Positions 12,670 to 25,500 of a stretch of 37,280 nucleotides of DNA are shown here, piece after piece. A program made the translations under genes and the position numbers. Source of the DNA: Gonapodya sp. JEL0774 (Eukaryota); assembly GCA_027604505.1 (NCBI GenBank), contig JADIIX010000179.1, positions 1 to 37,280 of the forward strand, read 5' to 3'. How positions within the stretch are numbered: position 1 is the stretch's first letter; each line of letters begins with the position of its first letter. The notes beneath the pieces were generated by a model. The model was given only the letters and a program-made list of their open reading frames with translations. It had not been told where the DNA came from and ran no database searches.

Positions 12670-13913
12670 ATGATGAAAGTGCTTATGCACCCGTTTGAGT
12701 TCGATCCAGAGAAGAGGAACCCACAACTCAACGCTTATTTTGAACATGTGTTTCAGGCGAAGCAATTGAATCCAGAGCTCTCAGATGAGAAGCAGAAGCT
12801 TATCAAGCATACATTGGAGCAGCTGAAGGAGGGTACGGCGTATGAGGGAGTAAGATGTGGTGACCTTGGCATAAGCAAGGAAGAATTCCACAGGGATTGG
12901 AAGGAAGAGTACTTTCCTATTCGGACGCTTTTACTCTTCTGGTGAGTTTACAACTAAACCTGTCAATGCAAAACAATTGAACTAACAACACACGTAAAGG
13001 TGGCAAATTCTAGATGCCGTGAACCAACCTGGGGCTTTCGAAAGTGAAGAGACTGTGACAATGTATACAGGAACCTTTTTCGAACTCTTGTCAAAGACTC
13101 GACCAAGGAAATACGTATCTTGGAACCAAAAGACTGTGATTGGTATCAAGGATGATCGTCCGGATAAGTCTTTCATGGTGGGACCACACACTTTGTTGGA
13201 ATTTGAAGGGACACCCCCAACAAACTCGAAATTTCCTCAAGATGCTATGAAGGGAGCATGCAGTGGTGCACACAGTGTGCGGATGATGTGGGATGCACTT
13301 GGGGTAAGAGAAGAAGGAGCAGTCGCGGAAACACTTTTGGTTCTGGCGAAAGGTCCCACTATTCATACGTATACGACACAAGAGCCATACGGAAAAAGCG
13401 ACATCGCTGTGACTATGCCTATATAGAAACCCGTGACCATACCAACAAGGCGCGATGCAACAACTGAGGAGATGGTGGAAGTTGTGGGACTTGTTCTCGA
13501 CATTTGGAGCCGGATCGACAGAACAGGGACTCGGATTTGGAGTTCACTCAGTGAGCGTTGCGAAGGAATCACAGGCAGTCCGCACGGATGGACAATCTGT
13601 GGATAATTTTGTTGTGGAAATTTGGGAAACATGGGAGGAGTATTCGGCGATTGGCGGGTCGATCGGACCAAAAACGAACGTTGTCAAGTTCTTGGAGGCC
13701 ATATTCGACAAACACCCCGCTGTCTACAACAAATCCGCTTCCGACAAATCGGCAAGCATTGATGACATTATCACAGCAATGAAAATCGACGACACGCGGA
13801 AAGAATCGCTGAAGCTCCAATCAAGGAGAGCGAATGTGTTGATCAAGAAGCCATCCACCCGGACTCCACAAATTCGAGCCCTCCCTCCTCTCCTCTCCTC
13901 CCGGCAGAGCTAA
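12670..13913 (+). pseudogene. Orphan gene of unknown function, probably disrupted
   Basis: Protein-like ORFs 12670-12945, 13019-13426 and 13455-13913, with a GTGAGT...AAG intron near 12942-12999. A TAG at 13424 is followed by further coding-like sequence and then a frame change. Confidence 0.35.
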
Positions 13914-14323
13914 AACATGTAGATCACACTAAGAGATTGCACCCTTTCGAATGGTCATATTGCCCCGCGCGCGCGGGAAATTGGGATTCTTGTGATTTTG
14001 TGTCTCTGTGCCCGAGCCAGCTACTGTGGACGCGTCTGACACAACCCAGAGTACTACGAGGTAACCAGTTTTGAACCTCTTGTGTTATTTTGGTGTTTTG
14101 AATCCTAGATGCTCCGTGGGGGCTCCACTATGTAAAGAGAGGGACTTGCAGGTCGACCCTAGCGGGAAGAACAACAAATCAATATGGAATTACAACCGAT
14201 ATCAAAACAATCTCTTATAATGTACGTATTTAGAAAATGAGTCAGTGGTAGGGAGGAGGGAGTGCCAATACCGTTGAATTGACTTCGGATGCATCTCCCC
14301 ATCCAGGAACCGAACAACACATA

Positions 14324-16805
14324 ATGAGTGGCAATTGGTGGAAACAGGATGCAACCTCGAAAGCTCGCAATTACAACAACCCCACGGCTGGGGCCGCTCT
14401 CTCGGACTTTCCCGAATTCGTCCCAACTCCCACCCTTCGACCTATAGACCGTGGAAGATTGAACAGCCTTAGTCCCGACGCTCAGGAGTTCACAGTCGCT
14501 CCGTCGCTGTCTCCAAGTTTGGGCGCTCCTCTATCGATACGAAAACGGCCAGAATTGGGAAACGTTGATGGGTCGATCCCCACCCTATCGGACTTCCCTG
14601 AGTTCGTACCTGCTGCGAGCACTTCTCCCACCGATTCTCCAAATCTTGTTTCACCACACGGCTCGAGCGGGAATCACCAACGAAATCTCCCCTCGCGCGA
14701 TGATCGGAGTCAGATAGATGTTTTCGGACCATTCAACACCCCTGCAACACCTCCTCCCCAACAGCTTCACACATTCGACTCAGCATCCTCGGCACATGTG
14801 AAGCGCTCAAATCTTCTAGGGGTCGGTGGTGGTGGGGGAAGCTTCCAAGAGGTAGCTCAACGGTTCACAGAGCCTGGCTACTACCCTCCGCAGACCTCTG
14901 GAGTGACCTTCCCTCCGTTACAACCTGTGAGGACTACGACGGAGCTGCGTTGTATCAATGCTAGTATAGCTGATCTTCGAATGATCTGCATAGCTACAAT
15001 ATCACTTGTACACGCTGCCGCTCCCGCATGTCAGCAACCTGCATCCTCACCAGAAAATGATTCACTCTTTCTTCATGTCTGATCGACTAAGAGAAGAGTT
15101 GCAGAAACGGAATGAGGCGTCAAACTATGGCTTGGATGACAGCGGTTGGTATCAACGCGGCTCTTGAATTTCAGTGACAACGTTGGCCCTCATTCTCTGA
15201 ATGTCGCTCTACACAGCAAGGTTGGCGCAGGGCTTACCAGTGGAGTTGTACAACTACCATTCTTTGTATCCGTTGGAACAGACAAAGTCTGTTCCGGGAT
15301 CATTTGGCTACAGTTCTACTGTGTATCGCGCAACAAGCTCCGTTGACGGCAAATCGTATGTGTTGCGGCGAGTCGAAGGTAGGAATAATGAGCGTGATTT
15401 TGCAATGTTTCGTCGGTAGATCCAATCGGATAGTCTGTGCCTCCAGGTTTCAGACTGATGAACGAGATGGCAATGTCAACTATCGACCCATGGCGGCGTT
15501 TGCGACATGTGAACATCGTGGCCGTCCGTGAGGCATTCACAACGAAGACTTTCGGCGACCATTGTGGGTTTTGTTTGCGTTTATGTAGATGCTGTTGGCT
15601 GACATACTCGTACCATAACCTTTGAGAAAAGCGCTCGCATTTGTTTACGATTATCATCCCCTATCTACCACACTTGCCGAGCATTACTTCACACCAACCT
15701 CAAATCCACCGACAGGGTCCGCCCTCGAGAAAACCATCTGGAGTTTTGTGTGCCAAATCGCAAGCGCGTTGAAGACAATACATTCCGCTGGCCTGTCAGT
15801 GCGTGTCTTGGATGCAAGTAAAGTTCTAGTGACTGGAAAGAATAGGTGGGTTGAGCAATCATAAATTTTGCAACCCTGCATTGGCCACTACTGCTCACCC
15901 CGGCAAACTCTCCTTTCTTTCGTTCATAATCAGATTCAGGATCAATTGTTGCGGGATTCTTGACATGCTGATGTTCGACGGTGCGAAAAATGTGCCCCAA
16001 CAGCAGGTACGCTTGGGACAACACTTCCCGTGCACAACTGCTGTTCACAGCTGATAAACATATCAAAGCAAGAGGATCTTATTCGCTTCGGACAGTTGAT
16101 TGTATGCCTTGCCTGCATCAATCTATCTGCTATCCAAAATCTGCCGAAATCGATTGACTACCTTTCCCGGCACTTCTCTACGGACTTGAAAAATGTTGTA
16201 CTGTATCTTTTGAGCAAACCAAGCCCAATGAAGACAGTGGATGACGTGATTACCATGATGGGACCACGCATCCTTCACGAAATCAACAGCGCTCATCACT
16301 ATAACGACTTTCTTGAAAGTGAGCTTTCAAAGGAGCTTGAGAACGGACGGATATCGAGGTTGCTATTCCAGTTAGGGTTCATTAATGAGCGCCCAGAGTA
16401 AGGTTCCTGACGTCTTTGGTGCTCCAACAATCAGCTGTCTTAACAATAATGGAACAAAAGATTTTCATTAGATCCTCGATGGTCTGAAACTGGAGATCGA
16501 TATCTATTGAAATTGTTCCGGGATTATTTGTTTCATCAGGTTGATGAGAATGGACGCCCATCCCTTGACATTGGACACGTCATCGCAACCCTCAACAAGG
16601 TGAGATTTATTTGTATATTTGCCCCCTTGTTTTCTGGTGGTTGGAAAAGGCTCTGGTTGGTTGTCTCGCTCCACCTTAGTTGGATGCGGGAATCGACGAA
16701 AAAATTCCCCTTATGAGCAGAGATGAGCGAACATTTTTGATTGTATCATATCATGATCTCAAGCGCTCCATTAAGGAAGCCCTAAATGATCTCAGAAGCT
16801 CGTAA
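14324..16805 (+). CDS. PAN3: PAN2-PAN3 deadenylase complex subunit PAN3 (pseudokinase), multi-exon
   Basis: Spliced exons give LQYHLY...[33 protein letters not shown]...[81 protein letters not shown] and [16 protein letters not shown]. The true start is uncertain. Confidence 0.95.
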
Positions 16806-16823
16806 ATGTACATCACAGTAAAA

Positions 16824-19800
16824 TCAGCGCTTCCACGCCCGCTCGTCATCCTCGTCATCCTGATCATCGTAGAGATCTATCATGGAGCGGGAATTTAATG
16901 GATCGACCACTTGTGTCCCATCACTGGCTTCTCCACTTTTAAGCTCTGGGTTGCCACCGTCAGTAGTCAACGTGATTGCATTGGCTAGTGCCAAAGTACG
17001 TTCCTCCCAAAATATGGAAAGCGTTTTGTCACCAGAAAGTGTTCGGTTAGCACTGTTGAAAGCCTGACAGGTTTCAATGGTACATAAGATATGGGACAGA
17101 AACGCTCAGTGCACAGCACAGCACGCACAACTTCCGCATCTCGTCGACTCTTGAATTTCACAACCGTTCCAGAGTTGTCTTCAAGGAATGAAATCCCATC
17201 AATCTCTCCGAACTCCTGTCAATTGTGATAACATCTCAGTATTAAACCTCGACTAAAATATTCCAAAGAAACTCACCTCGAGAAATGCCCTTACATCAAA
17301 ATCAGCGGGTGCATTCTTTACGACCAACGATCGAGGTCTGTTGTCGATAGCCATGTGGCGCACACCAGCTCCACGACCATATCCTCGAATAGTGGACCGG
17401 ACAACACCACGTGAAATATAGGCGCCAGCGATTCCTCGACCATTCGATGTCATGGCACCATTAGCGACAAATGCAGTATCAATGATGTGATTTGGGTCCT
17501 GGCCAGTGGCTGCAACCTGAGCAATATGTCAACCCATTTCCGAATAGCTTGATGTACGACAAAGGGCTTACTTTGCTTTTCAGAGCAGCAATTTTATCTT
17601 TGAGGTGCTGATTTCCCATTGGAGAAACTCCATCTTCGGGTGTGCGATTGGATAACAGTTCCAGTTCCCGGTCTAAACGCAACCGCTCTTTTTCTTGAGC
17701 CGATTGAACTGCAGGGACGGCAGTCACCTGGCTTGAAGACGTTCCTTCAGGGATGGGAAGAGGTGCGGTTGCTGAATGCACGGAGGTTCTTGGCTGACCT
17801 AAAGCTTTTTGCTTCTCTGCGATTTTAGTTAAAAGCTCTTGTCTTTTCTCTTGCAGCAATGTGGCCTTGACTGCAATTCGCTCTATGCTCCGAGGTACCG
17901 AGGAGGATGAAGACAACAGGGGCTCGGACGGCGCATTTGCTTGTTCTTTTGGGTGTGAAACAGTGCCATGTAGAGATACCGTGGTCGACGATTCGGGGAC
18001 TGTTTTTGCGACTTGTAGTTGCGTAGTTGGTTGCGGAGGCCTCCTTCCTGCATTCGCAACACTGCCACTCTCCTGTTCTGGTCGGTAAAAGAAGATACGA
18101 ACGAAGCGATTGTCGAACACCGGCTCGGGCGAACGGTAGGCCGCATTCGCTTCGGCAGCGTTGGAAAATTGAATGACCGCTCTGCGCTGATAAGATTCAA
18201 GAGTAATGTTCGTGATGGTTCCAAACTTCCGGAAGAAGTGGTTCAAACTATCCGTGCTCAAGTGCTCTTCCGGAATTCTCTCTATCACAATGCTTGTCTT
18301 GGAATGGTCCATACGAGAGCCCATTCCCGCTAAAATAGGGGCATCTCGTCCACCTCGTCCCCTCAAACTTCCTCTACCTCGAGCATATCCAGAGGATTCT
18401 CCGACGGTGGGAACTCGGTGAGTCACGGAGTCATTGAATTCCGGTAACTGCTTTGGACTGTCCTGTGATTCCTTTCCGTTCATTGGAATTGTTGGAATCG
18501 CGCCCGGGTTGTTCAAATTGCTCTCGCCTCGAGACGCCCACGAACTTGTGTGGTTCAAAGAAACGACACCGACTTGTTGAGGGTCATACGCATCCACAAG
18601 GGGTGACACGTCTGAGAACCCCCATCAAACGAGAAGTCGTCAAACGTTTCATACGATGAAGCTCTTCCTCCTCCTGAATGAGGGTGACATCACGTTACTC
18701 ACCTGCATCCATTGCCTCCACTCCCACATTAGGTCCTGAGAAAGGAAGGCCAGTTCTCCCTTGAGCACTTTGAATAGGATCCGCTGTGAAACTCGGGACG
18801 CCTGCGAAGAAATCCATCGCATGGTTGTCGTGTTCCAAAATTATCCGGTTGGCCCCATGATCGTACAGGCACATGTTCCCACGGAGGCAGAATCCCTTTT
18901 CTGATGTGGGTGCGGGCCATGTATCACAGTGTTGGTTGTTGGTCACGCCATTGAAGGTTTTGATCGCCCTTACAAAACTCAACGGTAAGCGAGCTCACCA
19001 TCGTAGTCACGGCAACGAAGTCTTCTTCTCTGCAGTCCACGCCCAAAGGAGGACCCGCGAACTCCTCTCCCGCCTCCACGAGTCACCCCTCCACCAAGCA
19101 TCCAGTCCGAAGGCGTGTACCCAGACAATATGGGAGAAGGACCCGGTCCCATCATAAGCCAAGGTGGTCGAGGGGCAAAATTGTTGCCTCCCATCGATCG
19201 AGAAACTCCGAGGGTCCGAGGAACCAGTGGAACTGATCCGCCAGGTGGGAACCCACCTCCCCAAAGTTCCAACTCCGGCGCGCCGTTTGCCCTCCCGTTA
19301 AATGGTGCATTGTGAGGTCGGTCACGGTCAAATGTTCCACTGTAAGGTCGTTTAAACGGGCGGTAGTCCCCGGAATCTGGTTCCTCAAATGGCGCCCGAT
19401 CCCGTTTACGTTCGTCGCTTCTATTTGGTGGAGAGCCATTCCAATACATCTCTGTCCTCTGCGCCTTCACATGTGCTGGGGTTGCATCAGCTTCCTCTTC
19501 ACGAGAGCGTTTCCGATCCCCCGGACTTCGGGCGCCCGATTCCACACTGGAATGCGGACGCTCTGACCTGTTCATAGAACATTGAGATTCTGATATTTGG
19601 AAACCGCCAATACAGGAACTCACTCCCCGTACTCCCTCTGTTGTCCATGAAATGACGGCGAATCATCTTGGAGTTTCATCAACCCTTTCTCTTTGGGATA
19701 ATGTAAGTCCGCCCCATTCACATTGTCCCCCAAACTCGTGGATTGCCGTCCCAAATATGAGTCCGCATAGGGTGGAGACGGGGGAGAGGGAGAGCGGCCA

Positions 19801-20410
19801 ATCCCGGGAAGCAAGGCATGGGGTGACTGTGTTTGGGAGTTGTGAAACCCTTCGACTTCATTGAGATGATCGAAAAGACTGTCGACGAACTTCCCCGTGT
19901 CTAGCACGTGGAGAAATGTCGTCGCATGAAGTAGTTATTTTATGAAGAGCATACTTCACAGTTATTGAGGGGCTCATCGAACGACAACCGAAAAGATGTC
20001 ACATACTGGGTTTCAGAAAGTCCTCCAATTGATTGATACAGAGCTGACGCAATTCGTCCACGGGTTTCTCATGTTTCAGAAGAGCCACAATATAATCAGC
20101 TGCCGAAAGTGAAAACGGGCCAGGTCGAACAGCGTGACAAAACGTTGCGATTTGCACGTTGAGAAGGGAGAAGGGAGAAGGTATAAAGGGCATGAGGCAC
20201 TCAGAACGTTTCTGCCACAGCTCACACCCACCGAGAACGCTCGGGTCTGCATTGCACTGCAGGTAATGGCAAATGGGTTACACAGATAGGAGAAAGGTTT
20301 CAAGTGTAGCGGGGCCTCAAATGAATCACATTGGGTGAACATACAATGGGCGCAAGTTTCTCGGCCAGCCATGGCTTGAGCGACTCCGCTTGACTTTCGT
20401 TCACTTTCAT
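16824..20410 (-). CDS. RBM26: RNA-binding protein 26/27 homolog (PWI, CCCH and two RRMs), multi-exon
   Basis: PWI-like LKPWLAEKLAPI...ADYIVALLKHEKPVDELRQLCINQLEDFL. CCCH RCRDYDEKGFCLRGNMCLYDHG. RRM1 IVIERIP...FFRKFGTITNI...SPEPVFDNRFVRIFF. IDNRPR leads into RRM2. Acidic tail DDEDDERAWKR*. Confidence 0.93.
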
Positions 20411-20566
20411 CGAAATGGGGTCACTTAGTTCCGGATTTTTGTTGGGAGCTCGATGTGAATCGAAAGTGTGGTCTTTCGTTGCTTTGGTCAAACTCTTGCT
20501 ACTACACACACTACTCGCTTACTCCACTGCAACTGCAACTGCAATAGCTCTCCGAGCTTGCACAGT
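20411..20566. promoter_or_regulatory. Putative bidirectional promoter shared by RBM26 and SPF45
   Basis: Only 156 bp separate the divergent start codons. Contains (ACTGCA)3 at 20526-20543. Confidence 0.55.
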
Positions 20567-22165
20567 ATGGATCTCAAGAAGCCCATCTCAGGTACATCTA
20601 CTGAAACCTGTTCGGATAGCTCTGATGTGGCTCATCGAAAATCTGGGCACAATGACTTCGTCGGACGACAGGGGCGTGGTCTGCATCAACAGCGTTTCTC
20701 GAACAAGCCGTACGGAGGAAGAAAGCAGAGCTCAAGCGCCCCCAGCTTGCCCGACCCCATGGGCCGATTGTGTCTTCGTTCCATGTCGTTAGCAATGATT
20801 CCCAAGACCCTACTCGATCGGAAACAACCGCTCTTCCACCAACGGAGCTCCCAAGTGTGACGGGTACATCTCCGTCATCACTATCTCTCTTATCTGAAGC
20901 ACCACCACGAGAGAGAGGACCCAAGAGGGTGCGTTTAGCTCTCACTGAGATCGAGGCGGCAAACCAAATGTTGTCAATATTCTGCGAAAGCGCACTCACC
21001 GTGGTGGACCACGCTTTAGAAACGCGGAAAGCGTGCTCCCCAGCTTTCACTCGATGAAGAATATGATCCAGCCAGACCGAACGATTTTGAAGCAATGAAG
21101 GCGGATCGTCGTCGACGGAAGGAGGATGAGAAGCAACGATTGCTGGCTGAAGCACTGAAAGAGTCCGGCTACGGATCACCATGTGAGTTTTGATACTGTC
21201 TTGCTTAAACTGCATGTTTATTTGACTATTTGTAACCGATATCGCGGGCAGCACCATCTGAGGACACGCCAGCAGACACTTCGAAGTATGCCCTGCCGCC
21301 TGTCCCAACACATCTAGACGCAGAGTCGGGCGAGGAAGCATTTTTATTGCGTGCACGTCTGAGCTCACAAGGCCCACCTCCTGCTCCCGTTGGCGTGGAG
21401 TTAGACATCTCAGGAGACGAAGCGTTCCTTAGACGGGGCCGACTTACCTTTGGGGCCCCGCCGGTCGATGCGGCACAATCAGATACGTGAGAAGCGTCTT
21501 CTTGTGCGATGTCAAGATCGTGTACAAAATGCTTTGGCTCCCTCTTTGCGTCTTTGCTATTCAGAGAGCCCGGTGGGTTGTTCTAGTACTTTGCCTCTTT
21601 TCAACATTATCAACTGAGACAGTGAGGTCCATTATTATTCAAGCAACAACGGTCGTGCTCTTGCGAAATATGGTAGGCCTCGGTGACGTGGACGACTCAC
21701 TTCACGAAGACGTTGCAGAGGAAGCGGAGAAGTTTGGGAGTATGTGTTGGAGTTTTAGGAAAGTCTTTCAAACAACCTTTCAACTGCCATGATGTGCTTT
21801 GTATCCTTGACTCGCTTCGCAAGGTGTCGAGAAATGCCTCGTCTTTGAGGTTCCTGGTGGTCAAGTGCCCCCAGAAGAGGCGGTCCGTGTTTTCGTGAAA
21901 TACAAGAATGTCGAATCCGCCCGACAAGGTTCAGTGTTTGGTTTGTGCGTCTGAGATCCAAAATAAGTCTCACTGGGTCTATTCTCAAATGTAGCCAAAG
22001 CCGCCTTCGGTGGACGCTTCTTCGGTGGCAGAGGTATGTCGCTGTGGTTTGCCTTCTCCTGAACATTCAATCTCAAGTTGTGGAATCTTATTCGTTACAG
22101 CCGTTTCAGCCTCTTTTTATCCGGAAGACAGATTTGCTTCATTAGATTTGGGCATACACATCTAG
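20567..22165 (+). CDS. SPF45: Splicing factor 45 / RBM17 homolog with C-terminal UHM, multi-exon
   Basis: WSASTAFLEQAVRRKK, DEEYDPARPNDF, SGEEAFLLRARLS, then UHM TVVLLRNMVG..DVDDSLHEDVAEEAEKFG, EEAVRVFVKY and GRFFGGR. Splice phases are consistent. Confidence 0.92.
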
Positions 22166-22249
22166 TAGCCTAGACCCTATAACATGCACAGCCAAAAGAT
22201 GACACTGCTTTGTACTCCTAAGGGTTCCATGCCGTTCTGTAATTCTTAA

Positions 22250-22370
22250 AGGTCCCTACCCCGGATCACAGTCGGCCCTCAGAGCCCGGCGCCAGAGGAG
22301 CCTGATGCACTGGGTGCAATGTGCATTCACCTATGTATTTTACCTGGATGGCGGCAGCGTCTAGGGATTG
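22250..22370 (-). ncRNA. Candidate Fanzor omegaRNA scaffold
   Basis: GC-rich segment about 150 nt downstream of the Fanzor stop. Closing stem 22362-22367/22253-22258 encloses hairpins 22303-22329 and 22274-22302, and it ends at the putative element boundary. Confidence 0.55.
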
Positions 22371-22518
22371 AGAAATTGGTGGAAGATGGCTGGAGGGGAT
22401 TGGGAAGTGGGGGGCAGGTACAGGAGTAGTTGAGTGCGAAAGAAATGTGAAGGGAGTGTGGGTGGGTGGACAGAATCTCCAAATGACAAACAAAACTAGC
22501 CGATGAACGGCCTGTGCT

Positions 22519-25500
22519 TCATCGTTGGAAGAGACCGGGGCGGACAACCGTGCCAGTAGCGTTGGCGTGGAAGAAGAGGTACAAAATGTTCCGTGCAGCA
22601 TTCCTGTCACGATTCCAAGTTATGCCACAGCCCCAGGTGGAGCATGACCTGGTGAGGACGGTGGGAACAAGTGAGATGCTCACTTCTGTGTCCATCTTCA
22701 TCAGAGCTGTTACAGCTCATGAAACTCACCGTACACCCCACAGCTTCTGCTTCGTCCCCTCGTCCTTGGGAAAGAAGGTGTGGCACCTCGAACAGATCCT
22801 TGAGGTGCGAAATTCGTCTATGAGGACCAGAGTTACCCCTCGCGTCACAAAATATCTTCGGATCAGCTTATTTGGCGATGTCCGATGTCCTTTGGACGCC
22901 TGGATTCAACGTGCCACAATCACCGACATAGCACTCACGTCTCACAGTCAAAAATTTCACTTACTTGGTGAAACTCAGCTGCACCCCAAGCTACAACACA
23001 CTCGTTCGGGTTCCTGCCACCTAAGAATTTGTCCATAAGCTGGGCTAGAGCTCGTTGTTGACCAGATTTAGCCCTAAGCCGCAGACTTGGATGTATAGAA
23101 GCGTCAATCTGTGAGTGACAAAACACTGAGAAGAGGGAATCCGAAGAAACATACAGTCGCCACCGAGGAATTGCGTAAAATCTCATCACATAAGTTAGTT
23201 CCCTCAGGCGAAACTGAAGATCAACAAGGAGAGCTGCATGATCCACCGTTTTGTACGATTTCGCACCCTTGTTAAAGGCATTGATGCGGGCATTCCCATT
23301 CATCCATTTTGTGCGGATTCTCCTGAATGAAAGTAAAGGGAAGATGTCATATGGAATAAAAGGAAGGTTTATCCATGTTTCAGAAAATGAAGAAACAATT
23401 GCGGCCGGGTTGTCAACTCACTCGTTGGCCAAGTACCCAGCACGTTCGTAATATTCGTTTGTGGTGAAGCCGCGGTTGTAGTTGGGGTTCCAATTGTTGA
23501 ATGAAACTGGATCCAAAGGGGGGGTTGCATTTGGGTGGCCAATTGGCACGTCCACAACGGCGTGATAGGTTGTGCAATCACGCCCAGGGTCACAAGAGGC
23601 GACCATTTTGCCACGAAGATCCCGCGCTGCCAAGGGCTTCTCCAGCCAACCTGCTAAGTCCAGCATCTGGCCGTGTGCTTCACGTTTTCGCATGGAGATT
23701 CGGACCCCTACACCGTCGGTTCGGAAACTGGTTTGGAAAAGGAGATAGAAGAGTGAGATGATTTATACAGAGGTAAAAGAACTCAATGACAGGAAACCCT
23801 AGGCACCTACCTGCATGCAAATTTGTGGTTTACTGTCTGGTAGTCCTCAAAATTCGTCACTTTTTTCCAAAATTCCAAAACGTCCTGCGGGGTCATATCG
23901 TCAAGGTTGGGCACCACAAAATTCCTGATTGCATCCTTCTCTCCATGCGGGAGGTGCTGATGGTTTCTCAAGGTCTTAGAAAGCTTTAAAAGCTCCCAGA
24001 GACCACCTGTAGAAAATAGCACCATGGATACCTGGGGATGACCATGGGGTGCCATGGCAAAGTGACGAAAAAGTCCACGTTTGCTTCTCTCTGAATCAAA
24101 TCCTCTCTGGATATGATACAGTGCAGGGTGCCACAAGTCCCATTCGTTTTGCAATCCGGCAGGTCGCAAATCCCTCCCACTGCAGATGGCGCGGCCGTAA
24201 TTGTAAATGGCCCGAAGTCCATCAGTGGCCCTAGCACGAAGAGTCTGATGTCCAAACACCTGCTTAACTTCCAGCCGTGTAAGAAGTGCGTCAAACTGCG
24301 GTGATAAGGAAAACGGTGACGCTGGTGAATAGATTAGCAAAAAAAAAAAAAAAAAAAACAAGTAAGCAGATCAGAAGATTATATAATGTTGAAGCTTCAA
24401 ATTCGCTGATTCAAAACTCACATCTGTAAATCAGACCGTAAGTGAATCCTGCAGCTCCTATGGCTGTGCCCCGAGAGAAAGTCACACGAGCACGTCCTAC
24501 ACCACCGTTGAAAGTCGATAACATGTTGAATATTCGACGACGAAAATCCTGTTTGACGCGGGTAGGGACATTTGTTGCCACCATATTACGAGCATTTGTG
24601 TTGAGTTCTAACTTCTACTTCTACTGCAACTGCTGCAAATACAGAGTCAAGGCCTATGAAGAGGAAGAATATAGTTGAACCAAATCTTATATATTTCGTT
24701 CATATCCTTGACATCTCACACATGCTCCCCCAACTCACCCGTTGCATCAGAAAATGGTTCTGCTCTTCGATTGGGATAGTAGTAATGTCTGGCGTATGTC
24801 GCTAGTTGTGGGAAACCATCAACAGGCTTTGGGTCGAATGGATGTTGTGGACGTTGAGAGACAGCTTGCAGGCATTGACCCTGCAAGGTAGTGCCAAACT
24901 ACAAGAGGAGGATTGCAAAATAATTTAGTTAAACACAAAAAATGCAATATTTAGAGACCTTTGAAACCGGAACTCAACTTACTTCTAGATGAGGTAATAG
25001 CAAGTCTGGAGCTTGGTAAGGGTATGCTGGTCGACCGAGACCTCGCCGAAAATGATCGCGAACCCACCCTCGCAGGGTATCAAACCTTCGTGGGTTGGGG
25101 GCTTGTGGTTGGAGAGGGATGCGGATAGGAGGAGGAGGGAGATCGGGAAGTTGTGGTCGAGCGACGTTCTCTCCGAGGTGGGGGTCATTTGGATGGGTTG
25201 CCACCCAATTGTTGTACCAAGCTTCATCCTCATCAACAAACATGCTCCATTCTGTGGTAAGCCTGTTGCTGTTGAAGTCGTGCTGCCTTTGGTGGACTAA
25301 GGTGATGAAGTTGTTATAGAGCGCCCTTGACTCCCAGGTGGCACGTGTCACCTTTGAAGGGGAAGAGATGAAGAAACGAGATGCTTTATAAGAAAAGGTA
25401 ATAACCACCAGAAAGAGAGATTGTGCAAGCTACTCACCTGCAGTGCGATGTACTCAGCATCACGTTCTAGATAGTGGAACTCCGGTTTGAAAAAGTGGCG

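Noticed and set aside
20598..21377. 259-aa minus-strand ORF and other long antisense ORFs such as 22514-23038 (+)
   Set aside because: They are shadows of the SPF45 and Fanzor exons on the opposite strand and carry no motifs of their own.
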